A stretch of DNA of 32,000 nt from Megasphaera elsdenii DSM 20460 (lineage in GTDB: Bacteria > Bacillota > Negativicutes > Veillonellales > Megasphaeraceae): NCBI RefSeq assembly GCF_003010495.1, contig NZ_CP027570.1, positions 1,920,001 to 1,952,000 of the forward strand, written 5' to 3'. This document shows positions 1 through 7,741 of the stretch, piece after piece. The notes below the pieces were generated by a model, which saw only the letters and a program-made list of their open reading frames with translations, did not search any database and was not told where the DNA came from. Both the position numbers and the translations under genes were made by a program. The number at the start of each line of letters is the position of its first letter. Within the stretch, counting starts at the first letter, position 1.

Positions 1-225
1 TGGGCGAGTGCTGCCTGGGGACTGACGCTGGTCGCCGTCGAATTTGGCTACATCCTATTATACCGGGCTGGCTGGAAAATCAGTATGGCCTCCCTCCTGG
101 CTAATGTCAGCGTAGCGCTCCTTTTAGCAGGCATCGGCGTCCTGCTGTATAAAGACGTCCTGATGCCCCGGCAGATCATCGGCATCATCCTGTGCCTGGC
201 CGGCGTCTTTTTCCTGCGACCCTAA
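1..225 (+). CDS. C-terminal end of an integral membrane carrier-like protein (EamA/DMT- or SMR-like); 5' end outside window
   Basis: Frame 1 is open from base 1 to TAA 223-225. The translation ..WGLTLVAVEFGYILLYRAGWKISMASLLANVSVALLLAGIGVLLYKDVLMPRQIIGIILCLAGVFFLRP forms two hydrophobic helices typical of the last TM segments of small carriers. It is absent from the ORF track because there is no start in the window. Confidence 0.5.
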   Translation, partial: WASAAWGLTLVAVEFGYILLYRAGWKISMASLLANVSVALLLAGIGVLLYKDVLMPRQIIGIILCLAGVFFLRP

Positions 226-316
226 AAAGATAGGGCCTTGGGGGATGAACGAAATTATGGAACTAGCTTATGCAAGGGTGCTCACGTGCCTTTTCGGGCC
301 TGGTGGGAATGGGTCA

Positions 317-1025
317 TTAATGGAAAATGAGATGAGGGAGACTTGGCAGGCGTTTCGATGCTTCCCAGTCAACTGCAGCCGCCGTAGTCCGGCCCAGTGA
401 CTGCTCAATAGCGGCCCGAAGAATATACCAGCTTGGGGGAACAGGATATTTGTGCATGTTCAGGAGATCGATGCCCTTGGTGGCACAAGACAACGCCTGG
501 ACCGCGTTCCCTAATTTCCATTGAATCCATGCTTCTTGTTGATACGTACTGCCCACGAACGGGTAGTACGTATTTTTTTCCTCTTCAGACAGCTTATTAC
601 GGGAAATCCGGCACTCCTTCAGGGCTTCTTCGTATTTACCGGCTCGAGTCAGAAGGCGGGCATAGTCCAGATGGCCGCGGGCGGGGTTTTTATCCTGCTT
701 GAGATAGTTACTCTTTCTGTCCCATCATATATTCATAGACGATGGCAAGACTATTCAAGAGAGTATCATTGGGATTTTTGCGGAGTCCCTGTACGGTGGT
801 TGCATAGCCGGCCCCAGGGTTTCCATCCATCATATCATAGAGACTGCGGATCCCATAAGGAAGCGGACTGTTCGGCGCATGAACGGTCATTTGATCCAGA
901 TGGCTTTCTGTTCCAGCGTCATCGCCGTAGTACCAGGACAGGCCGGCAAGCGATAAATCCTGCCAGGCTGACTCAGGGAAGGATTGATTATATTCTTTTT
1001 GATAGAGAATGGACAGGAACAGTAA
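317..1025 (-). pseudogene. disrupted helical-repeat (TPR-like) coding region
   Basis: The minus-strand frame of ORF 1026-1760 stays open past its TAG (1026-1028). It reads LLFLSILYQKEYNQSFPESAWQDLSLAGLSWYYGDDAGTESHLDQMTVHAPNSPLPYGIRSLYDMMDGNPGAGYATTVQGLRKNPNDTLLNSLAIVYEYMMGQKE up to TAA 708-710. A frame shifted by one base opens at 724 and reads ..YLKQDKNPARGHLDYARLLTRAGKYEEALKECRISRNKLSEEEKNTYYPFVGSTYQQEAWIQWKLGNAVQAL.. down to 317. One frameshift between 711 and 724 is needed to read it as a single protein. Confidence 0.35.
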
Positions 1026-1760
1026 CTATGACGACAGGGGAGCAAAGGCGTCATTTGAACGGAGCTCCTGGTCGCGGGCATGATGTTCTTTGACAATAGT
1101 ATCCAGCCGCTTTTGCCTTTGAGCTGCATCGGGGGGAACGGGGGCTGTTATCGTATCCTGAAAGGCATCACGCACGTCTTTATCAGGCAGATCTTTATTC
1201 AGTCGGTACCGCAGGACGCCATTCTTGTCGATTAATAGCAACCGGGGCAGGGAATGGGTATATAGGTGGTAGTCTCCTGTAAGAACGGGAAAGGGGAAGG
1301 CTTCTTCTTTCAGCCAGTTTTCTATTTTGCTCGTCCTGCCAGTCTGTATGACAAAGAAGTTCATCTGTTCGTGATATGAAACATAGGCTTTTTTTGTGAA
1401 ATCCGCATAAGCCGTATTGGCAGAACCGGGTATAGAAGATGCGATGAAAAGCGCTGCAGGTCTGTTTCCTGTTGTTACTGTTACGGGGTGTCCCGAATCT
1501 TTGCTGATAAATCCGGTAACAGGAACGGCTGTACCGGCCGACGCTTCCGAAACAGGAATCTGGATGGGGCGGGAGTTTTTAGCCGGCGTTGTTTTTTCCC
1601 GTTTCGTTAGAGAAGGAACGGTTTCTGTCTGCACGATTTCGTTTTTGTGCTGTATCGCCGCAGGTGCAACTGCAGCTGGTGTGTCGGCAGCCATGACCGT
1701 ATACCCTGTCAGAAAAAGACCTGTCACGGCCAGTGCAATTTGACGTCGTAATAGTTTCAT
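1026..1760 (-). CDS. exported thioredoxin-fold (TlpA/ResA-like) protein lacking the CxxC redox motif
   Basis: 244-aa ORF with signal peptide MKLLRRQIALAVTGLFLTGYTVMA and GGAGGG (rc of 1768-1773) 8 nt before the ATG. The C-terminal half has a TlpA-like pattern (ALFIASSIPGSANTAY ... RLLLIDKNGVLRYRL), but the WCxxC position reads SIPGS. Confidence 0.6.
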   Translation of the reverse strand: MKLLRRQIALAVTGLFLTGYTVMAADTPAAVAPAAIQHKNEIVQTETVPSLTKREKTTPAKNSRPIQIPVSEASAGTAVPVTGFISKDSGHPVTVTTGNRPAALFIASSIPGSANTAYADFTKKAYVSYHEQMNFFVIQTGRTSKIENWLKEEAFPFPVLTGDYHLYTHSLPRLLLIDKNGVLRYRLNKDLPDKDVRDAFQDTITAPVPPDAAQRQKRLDTIVKEHHARDQELRSNDAFAPLSS

Positions 1761-1892
1761 GGTTTAACCCTCCTGTCTGAGATATATTATAACTTCATTT
1801 TTGCATGCTCTGGTACGGGATGTCAATCCTTTGTCTGGAGACAATAGGGCGAAATGGCAGGAAGCCGGAAAAGATGTTATAATAAAATAACT

Positions 1893-1960
1893 TAGTTGCT
1901 GACCGACTAAGAAAAGCGACTAAGAAAGCGACCAAGATAGAGACCAAGTTAGCGATATAA
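1893..1960 (+). repeat. GACYAAG 12-13-bp-periodic direct repeat array, copy 1
   Basis: One inverted unit (CTTAGTTGC) is followed by GACTAAG 1905-1911, GACTAAG 1918-1924, GACCAAG 1930-1936, GACCAAG 1942-1948 and the tail TTAGCGATAT. It shares the 15-mer GCTGACCGACTAAGA with copy 2. Confidence 0.7.
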
Positions 1961-2012
1961 ACCATTTTTTCGTGGGTGCTCCGTAATGAAAATGTGAAAG
2001 GATGATTGAAAT

Positions 2013-2396
2013 ATGGAAATAGAGCACATTGCAATGTATGTTAATGATTTAGAAGCAGCAAGAGAATTTTTCATTAAATATTTTGGGGCTTCTTCAAATA
2101 ATGGATACCATAATCCGAAAACGGATTTCAGGTCTTATTTCCTGACTTTTGAAAAAGGACCGAGACTTGAAATTATGAATAAGCCCGCGATGGAAGACCT
2201 GGAGAAGCCCCAGAATCGGACGGGATTGGTTCACATTGCTTTCCGGACAGGGAGTAAGGAAAACGTAGATACATTGACTGCCCGGATGAAGGCTGATGGT
2301 TATGAGGTCGTCAGCGGGCCGCGGACCACGGGTGATGGATATTATGAAAGCTGTGTTGTGGCTCTTGAAGGCAATCAGATAGAAATTACGGTATAG
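2013..2396 (+). CDS. VOC family protein (glyoxalase/bleomycin-resistance/dioxygenase fold)
   Basis: 127-aa ORF. MEIEHIAMYVNDLEAAREFFIKYFGA.. and ..GLVHIAFRTGSKENVDTLTARMKADGYEVVSGPRTTGDGYYESCVVALEGNQIEI follow the typical paired beta-alpha-beta-beta-beta VOC pattern. Confidence 0.8.
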   Translation: MEIEHIAMYVNDLEAAREFFIKYFGASSNNGYHNPKTDFRSYFLTFEKGPRLEIMNKPAMEDLEKPQNRTGLVHIAFRTGSKENVDTLTARMKADGYEVVSGPRTTGDGYYESCVVALEGNQIEITV

Positions 2397-2475
2397 TTTG
2401 TAAGCGGAGAGTTACGCGATATTTATTTGTTCAAAAAGTGGTAAACCGCTGCTATACAAGATACAGAAAAAATCA

Positions 2476-2530
2476 CTTGGTCGCTGACCGACTAAGATAA
2501 CGACCAAGATAGCGACTAAGTTATAGAGAC
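2476..2530 (+). repeat. GACYAAG 12-bp-periodic direct repeat array, copy 2
   Basis: One inverted unit CTTGGTCGC (rc of GCGACCAAG) is followed by GACTAAG 2490-2496, GACCAAG 2502-2508, GACTAAG 2514-2520 and the tail TTATAGAGAC. Orientation is the same as copy 1. Confidence 0.7.
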
Positions 2531-2582
2531 ACGTGCATCGCCATCCCTGAATACGCCGAACAAGTCTGAATATAAGAAAAAA

Positions 2583-2629
2583 CACCTGCTTCAAGGGTTT
2601 GATGCTACCCTTTGAAACAGGTGATTTTT
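2583..2629. terminator. bidirectional intrinsic terminator between the VOC gene and the antitoxin gene
   Basis: Stem CACCTGCTTCAAGGGT (2583-2598) pairs with ACCCTTTGAAACAGGTG (2607-2623). It is flanked by an A-run on the left and a T-run on the right, so each strand sees a hairpin followed by U-tract. Confidence 0.65.
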
Positions 2630-2921
2630 ATATAGAAATTTTTTTATTTGCAATTAGTCCTAGCAGTCTGCGAGAGGGACCAGAAGGTTTATTTTTTCCG
2701 GATTCCCAAGCTTCTATTGTCTTTTTTGAAACACCAAAGTATTGTGCAAATAATTTTTGTGTCAACCCTAACTGATTTCGTATGTCTCTTATTTCGTCAC
2801 TTGAATATGTAGTTATTGGCTCAATGTCAATTTTTCTTTTATGTCTAGGAAGATGCTTGGTCTGGGTATCTAAAATAGCGTCATTCAGCGATTCAGATAA
2901 CAAATCAAATGCTTTGCTCAT
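2628..2921 (-). CDS. XRE-family HTH antitoxin (HigA/COG2944-like)
   Basis: MSKAFDLLSESLNDAI...SSDEIRDIRNQLGLTQKLFAQYFGVSKKTIEAWESGKNKPSGPSRRLLGLI matches the C-terminal HTH pattern of antitoxins partnered with RelE/HigB-type toxins. I prefer the ATG at 2921; the track uses the GTG at 2930. Confidence 0.8.
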   Translation of the reverse strand: MSKAFDLLSESLNDAILDTQTKHLPRHKRKIDIEPITTYSSDEIRDIRNQLGLTQKLFAQYFGVSKKTIEAWESGKNKPSGPSRRLLGLIANKKISI

Positions 2922-2935
2922 GGAGAACACCTCGC

Positions 2936-3100
2936 TTATAAATTCGATTCCAAGATATCAATTTGCTTTTTCAAATGATTTCGTTCTTCTTTCGTTAAAT
3001 TTTCTAACTCATTTCGCCGTAAATCTTCATCATTGAAACCTAACGCTGTCCAAGAACGTGTAAAAGGGCGTGTCTGAATAAATGTTCTTTTAATTTCCAA
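2936..3100 (-). pseudogene. internally deleted RelE/HigB-family toxin remnant (54 codons, still an intact ORF)
   Basis: TTG start at 3100 lies 7 nt after GGAGG, and the stop is TAA (rc of 2936-2938). The translation is (M)EIKRTFIQTRPFTRSWTALGFNDEDLRRNELENLTKEERNHLKKQIDILESNL. The N-terminal ~26 aa and C-terminal ~27 aa resemble the two ends of ~110-aa toxins of this family (..F..W..LGL.D.DL.. and ..KNE..NL...E.N.IKK.I). The central beta-sheet core is absent. The ORF is below the track's size cut-off. Confidence 0.5.
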
Positions 3101-3118
3101 TTTAGTACCTCCATCTAT

Positions 3119-3148
3119 ATTTTACCCTATTCAATAGGATGAATACAA
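3119..3148 (-). promoter_or_regulatory. sigma-70-like promoter with palindromic operator for the toxin-remnant/antitoxin operon
   Basis: On the minus strand the -35 is TTGTAT (rc 3143-3148), followed by an 18-nt spacer and -10 TAAAAT (rc 3119-3124). The perfect 13-bp palindrome CCTATTCAATAGG (3126-3138) fills the spacer. Confidence 0.45.
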
Positions 3149-3258
3149 GTGCTTTTTATGATAAAATAAGAAGGAAAGTGTAAAATAGTTTGTGTAAACA
3201 GGTTATTGGACAGGAAGCCTATATCCTGCTGTAATGGAGGGAAGCCTGGTCTAAAAAT

Positions 3259-5688
3259 ATGAAAGGGAAGGGTACGGCTATGATTGATGGAGAGCGCTTG
3301 AAAGATGTTTTAGTGCAGTATAAAAAAGATTTTGTACCGAAACATTGGCAGGATGAAAAGTATAAATGGGAAGCACTCAAATGGTTTCAAGACAACTGGA
3401 ATATTAAGGCAACGGATTTTGCGGATATGCTCAACCGTTCGTTTTCCCAAACCTATAATCTGCTGGCATCGATGAATAATTTCCCGGCCAAGATGATTAC
3501 TAGTTTTGCTGAGACCGCTCCAGAGGACGTACGCTCGATGTATAGCGATTTGTTTGATGAGAGCAAGGATATATATGAGCGAATCAATACCTTTAAACTG
3601 CAATCGGATTTTCTTCTCAAAAAATATGGAAAGGGAGCAGGACAGCATTATCAGTCTGAGAATGCCATCACGACCTATCTGTGTCTGCGTTATCCGGATA
3701 AATATTACATATACAAATACAGCGAAGTAAAGGCTGTATCAGATGAATTGGGCAGCGACTATACATTCAAGAAAGGCGCGTATGCAGATAATCTCAGAAA
3801 TTTTTACTCTTTGTATAATGAAATCTGTGAGCATCTGAAGCAGGACGACGAACTCGTGAACTTATTCAAGAGCCAGCTGACGGATGCCTGTTATCCGGAT
3901 CCATATCTGAAAACACTGACTTTTGATGTGGGTTTTTATATTTCCCGTGATTATTCAAAGCGTAGTGAAGCAGAATCTTCTGATGCTGAGTGGTATCCCT
4001 CGCCAGAAGAATATGCTCCGGGAATCACAACAGCCGAGTGGATTGATCTGCTTGAAGACAAAAGTGTTTTTACACAGAGCAGCCTTGAAATCATGAAAAG
4101 AATACAGGACTATGGCGGAGCTGCTACGTGTACGCAGCTTGCTGCAAAGTATGGAGAAAGTAAGAACTTTTATAATGCTGGTTCTGTGGGGCTGGCAAAA
4201 CGAGTCGTTGAAAAGACGGGATGCCCTGTCATGCCGAAGAATGTTGACAATTCTCGATGGTGGCCCATTCTCTATATCGGCAGATATACAGCCAAAGATG
4301 AGAAGGGAAGTTACGTATGGAAGTTGCGCCGTGAATTAGCCGCTGCATTGAACCGGGTGGATTTGAGCGGCGTAGCTCTTTATGCCAAATCAAAAGGTGA
4401 GGGAGAACCCAAGTATTGGTGGCTGAACGCCAAACCAAAGATATGGAGCTTTTCTGACCTGCAAGTCGGTGAAGTACAAGACTATACACTTTATAATGCC
4501 AACGGCCATAAGCGGCGCATTTTCCAGAACTTCATAGATGCCAGAACGGGCGATCTTGTCATTGGCTATGAATCCAATCCGGTCAAGCAGGTTGTAGCGC
4601 TTGTAAAAGTCAGCGCGGCGAATGACGGTCAGAAAATATGTTTTGAAAAAACGGAGTCCCTGGAAAACCCGATTGATTATCAGACATTAAAGGAATGTCC
4701 GGAGTTGGCGAAAATGGAGTTCTTCAAAAATCCGAACGGCAGTTTTTTCAAATTGACCAAGAAAGAATATGAGTTCATCATGGACATCATTCGCGATGAA
4801 AATCCGCGGAACTCTCATGAGGAGAAGATTCCATCGTATACGAAGCAAGACTTCTTGTCGGAAGTCTATATGACTGACGAAATGTACGACCGACTGGTGG
4901 GCGTGCTCAGCAACAAGATGAATATCATTCTGCAAGGCGCACCGGGTGTAGGCAAGACCTTTGCTGCCAAGAGGCTGGCTTATTCTATGATGGGAGAGAA
5001 AGACGACAACCGGATTGAATTCGTGCAGTTTCATCAGAATTATTCTTATGAAGACTTCATGATGGGATACAAACCGTCTGGAAATGGTTTTGAATTGAGG
5101 CATGGTGTGTTCTACCGTTTCTGCCAGAAAGCGGCCAATGAGCCGGATAAAAAATTCTTCTTCATCATTGATGAAATCAATCGGGGAAACCTGAGCAAAA
5201 TCTTCGGTGAGCTCCTGATGTTGATTGAAAAAGACTACCGTGGGACAAAGCTGACGCTGGCCTATAATGGTATGCCGTTTACGGTTCCCCAAAATCTTTA
5301 TATTATTGGCATGATGAATACGGCTGACCGTAGCCTGGCCATGATAGATTATGCCTTGCGCCGCCGGTTCAGTTTCTTCGAGATGGAACCTGGATTTGAA
5401 TCAAAAGGATTCAAAGATTATCAACAGGCACTGGGAAACGATACGTTCAATGGACTTGTGAATCAGGTCGTTAAGCTGAATGCAGAAATCAGTCATGATA
5501 AATCATTGGGGAAAGGCTTCTGTATCGGGCACAGCTACTTTTGTGGAAGAACCAAGGAGAACTGCACCGATGAATGGATGAAGTCTGTCGTAGATTATGA
5601 CATTCTGCCGATGCTTTCTGAATACTGGTTTGATGATGACAGCAACGTGCAGCGCTGGAAGAATTCCTTTAAGGAAGTATTTCAATGA
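3259..5688 (+). CDS. mcrB: McrB-family GTPase (AAA+) subunit of a modification-dependent restriction system, with long N-terminal reader region
   Basis: 809-aa ORF. Motifs are Walker A GAPGVGKT, FHQNYSYEDF, Walker B FFFIIDEINRGN and MNTADRS (the NTAD motif of McrB GTPases), plus ALRRRF. Residues ~385-510 (nt ~4411-4790; KYWWLNAKPKIWSF..GDLVIGYESNPVKQVVALVKV) look EVE/PUA-like. An alternative start is ATG 3280. Confidence 0.9.
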   Translation: MKGKGTAMIDGERLKDVLVQYKKDFVPKHWQDEKYKWEALKWFQDNWNIKATDFADMLNRSFSQTYNLLASMNNFPAKMITSFAETAPEDVRSMYSDLFDESKDIYERINTFKLQSDFLLKKYGKGAGQHYQSENAITTYLCLRYPDKYYIYKYSEVKAVSDELGSDYTFKKGAYADNLRNFYSLYNEICEHLKQDDELVNLFKSQLTDACYPDPYLKTLTFDVGFYISRDYSKRSEAESSDAEWYPSPEEYAPGITTAEWIDLLEDKSVFTQSSLEIMKRIQDYGGAATCTQLAAKYGESKNFYNAGSVGLAKRVVEKTGCPVMPKNVDNSRWWPILYIGRYTAKDEKGSYVWKLRRELAAALNRVDLSGVALYAKSKGEGEPKYWWLNAKPKIWSFSDLQVGEVQDYTLYNANGHKRRIFQNFIDARTGDLVIGYESNPVKQVVALVKVSAANDGQKICFEKTESLENPIDYQTLKECPELAKMEFFKNPNGSFFKLTKKEYEFIMDIIRDENPRNSHEEKIPSYTKQDFLSEVYMTDEMYDRLVGVLSNKMNIILQGAPGVGKTFAAKRLAYSMMGEKDDNRIEFVQFHQNYSYEDFMMGYKPSGNGFELRHGVFYRFCQKAANEPDKKFFFIIDEINRGNLSKIFGELLMLIEKDYRGTKLTLAYNGMPFTVPQNLYIIGMMNTADRSLAMIDYALRRRFSFFEMEPGFESKGFKDYQQALGNDTFNGLVNQVVKLNAEISHDKSLGKGFCIGHSYFCGRTKENCTDEWMKSVVDYDILPMLSEYWFDDDSNVQRWKNSFKEVFQ

Positions 5689-6758
5689 GTAAGTATAAGC
5701 GCATCTTCATAAAGAACATCTACTATATGCTATCTTATGCCTTTACCACCTTGAAGCAATCTGTCTATGAGAATATCGAGAAGGAACCTTTCGATAACAT
5801 TTATAATTTGTTTGCGGCAATTCTGGCAAAAGGAATCGGTCTTCATCTGAAACAGGGGTTGTATCGGGAATACATCAACTGTGTCGAGGATTTGACCGTC
5901 GTCCGCGGGAAAATCGACATGCCTGGTACTATCCGGAACAGGCTCCAGGCCCGGCTGGCCGTAACCTGTGATTATGATGAGCTGTCCGAGAATAACCTTT
6001 TGAACCAGATTCTGAAATCAACGGTTTTGCTGATCCTTAGGCAAAAGGATGTAGACGAAAAATACAAGGCAGAACTGAAAAAAGAAATGCTCTATTTTTC
6101 TGAAGTCGATGAAATAGAACTGTCCCAGATACGCTGGTCGGAGATTCGTTTGCAGAGAAATAACCGAACATACCAGTTGTTGCTCGCCATTTGTCAGCTC
6201 CTGGTTGAAAGTTCACTCATGACAACGGAAAACGGTGATTATCACTTAGCCAGTTTCATCGACGAGCAGCGAATGAGCCGGTTGTATGAAAAATTTATCC
6301 TGGAGTATTACGCACAGGAATTCGGACAGCGGATCAAGGGATTTTCGTCAAAAGCCCGGCAGATTCCCTGGCAGCTGGATGACGGCAACGATGCCCTGTT
6401 GCCAATTATGCAGACAGACATTACCCTTACGTATGGAATACAGACGCTCATCATTGATGCTAAGTACTACCAGCGGACGTTGCAGACAAACTTCAATGTA
6501 CGGACGATTCATTCGGGAAATTTGTATCAAATTTTTACCTATGTGAAAAACAAAGAGGCAGAACTCAAAGGAACCGAGCATCGTGTTTCTGGAATGCTTC
6601 TCTATGCGAAAACCGATGAAAATCTCGTGCCGGACAATGTGTACCAGATGAGCGGTAACCAGATATCGGTGAAGACACTGGATTTGAATCAGGATTTTTC
6701 AGAGATTTCGAGGCAGTTAAACCAGATTGTGGCAGATCATTTCGGAGTTAACATATAG
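5685..6758 (+). CDS. mcrC: McrC-like nuclease subunit
   Basis: 357-aa ORF whose ATG overlaps the mcrB stop (ATGA, 5685-5688). The C-terminal PD-(D/E)xK-like motif ..MQTDITLTYG..LIIDAKYYQ is typical of McrC. Confidence 0.85.
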   Translation: MSKYKRIFIKNIYYMLSYAFTTLKQSVYENIEKEPFDNIYNLFAAILAKGIGLHLKQGLYREYINCVEDLTVVRGKIDMPGTIRNRLQARLAVTCDYDELSENNLLNQILKSTVLLILRQKDVDEKYKAELKKEMLYFSEVDEIELSQIRWSEIRLQRNNRTYQLLLAICQLLVESSLMTTENGDYHLASFIDEQRMSRLYEKFILEYYAQEFGQRIKGFSSKARQIPWQLDDGNDALLPIMQTDITLTYGIQTLIIDAKYYQRTLQTNFNVRTIHSGNLYQIFTYVKNKEAELKGTEHRVSGMLLYAKTDENLVPDNVYQMSGNQISVKTLDLNQDFSEISRQLNQIVADHFGVNI

Positions 6759-6825
6759 GGGAGCTGATCAGTCTAATATTCAAAGAAAGAAGCAAAAATG
6801 TATTAATTGTAGGGAGGTATTTGCA

Positions 6826-7011
6826 ATGAATAAAAGCAAGATTTTGTTTGTCGTATGGATTATTGGTGTCATCCTGCTTCTCTTGGGCATGAAGTATGAC
6901 ATGAGAAATATATTTTCCTTGATTACAGGTATGATTATCGGGGGAGGAGCCGTCACCTTCCTCTATTTCAAAGCATGTCACGAAAAGACAACTGTCTGGA
7001 TAAAAGTGTAG
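6826..7011 (+). CDS. small two-helix membrane protein (61 aa), function unknown
   Basis: ATG 6826 lies 7 nt after GGGAGG. The translation is MNKSKILFVVWIIGVILLLLGMKYDMRNIFSLITGMIIGGGAVTFLYFKACHEKTTVWIKV. There is no terminator between mcrC and this ORF; the terminator follows it. Confidence 0.45.
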   Translation: MNKSKILFVVWIIGVILLLLGMKYDMRNIFSLITGMIIGGGAVTFLYFKACHEKTTVWIKV

Positions 7012-7060
7012 CAGCAATATCGCTACTACACTTTGGTCTAACTTATTGGGGGCACTACAT

Positions 7061-7095
7061 AAAAAAGCGCTGTCTTCGTGCGACAGCGCTTTTTG
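7061..7095. terminator. bidirectional intrinsic terminator (mcr operon / HD-GYP gene)
   Basis: AAAAAA, then AGCGCTGTC (7066-7074), loop TTCGTGC, GACAGCGCT (7082-7090), then TTTT. Confidence 0.8.
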
Positions 7096-7108
7096 ATTAC
7101 GAATGTTA

Positions 7109-7720
7109 TTAACCTAATGTTTCGATAAAAGCCTTGACGACTTCCGGATCAAAGAGCAGGCCCGACGCGCTGAAGAGTTCGCGGACGGCCTGTTTTTTTG
7201 TCTTGGCCCAGAATTCAGCCGACGGATTGATGATCATGTCGTAGTAATCGGCGACGGCGATGATGCGGGCTCCCAAGGGGATGTTGGCGCCGCGCAGGTG
7301 TTTGGGGAAGCCCGATCCGTCCCAGTGTTCGTGGTGATAGCGGATATAAGGCACGATGTCCTGGCAGCAGGGGATGTTTTCCAGCATGTTGCCGCCGCCT
7401 GCGGCGTGGCGCTTGTACTGAGCCTTTTCCGAGCGGTTGAGGTAGGGCATCTTGGCCAGCAGGGTATTGGACACGAAAAGCAGGCCGACGTCATGCAGGA
7501 GGGCTGCATATTTGACCTGTTCGATTTCACTCTTGGGCAGCGTCAATTTGGCAGCGACGCTGACGCTATAGTTGGCGACCTGTAAGGAATGCATATACAA
7601 GCGCTGGCTCTTCAACTGTATGAAATTGAGCAATTCCGCTGTAATGGCGTCGAGGGACGTCATTTCTTCCCGGGCAATGCCCGCAGCTTGTTTCAGGGAT
7701 ACCATATACATGACCAACAA
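7109..7720 (-). CDS. HD-GYP domain protein (stand-alone, no receiver domain)
   Basis: Motifs are ALLHDVGLL, YHHEHWDGSGFP and GARIIAVADYYD. The start lies 21 nt downstream of the preceding gene's stop, so an operon is likely. Confidence 0.85.
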   Translation of the reverse strand: MLVMYMVSLKQAAGIAREEMTSLDAITAELLNFIQLKSQRLYMHSLQVANYSVSVAAKLTLPKSEIEQVKYAALLHDVGLLFVSNTLLAKMPYLNRSEKAQYKRHAAGGGNMLENIPCCQDIVPYIRYHHEHWDGSGFPKHLRGANIPLGARIIAVADYYDMIINPSAEFWAKTKKQAVRELFSASGLLFDPEVVKAFIETLG

Positions 7721-7741
7721 ACCCTTTCGTCTGCAAACGTG

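Noticed and set aside
1026-1028. The in-frame TAG as a pyrrolysine or read-through recoding site.
   Set aside because: No pyl genes or recoding signals are in the window. The additional frameshift 300 nt downstream makes gene decay the simpler explanation.
521-1093. 190-aa + strand ORF, and 433-702 on the + strand.
   Set aside because: There are no motifs, and both lie opposite the minus-strand TPR-like and thioredoxin-like reading frames, which give protein-like sequence.
1795-2594. Minus-strand ORFs 1795-2034 and 2412-2594 with hydrophobic LVAFLVAF / LVAILVVILV stretches. I considered them as possible paired small membrane peptides or type I toxins.
   Set aside because: The hydrophobic repeats are simply the 12-bp GACYAAG arrays read in frame. 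There is no RBS. One start overlaps the VOC start and the other lies inside the terminator hairpin.
6727-7011. The 94-aa version of the small ORF overlapping the mcrC 3' end.
   Set aside because: The upstream 33 codons overlap mcrC and have no RBS. The ATG at 6826 with GGGAGG is the plausible start.
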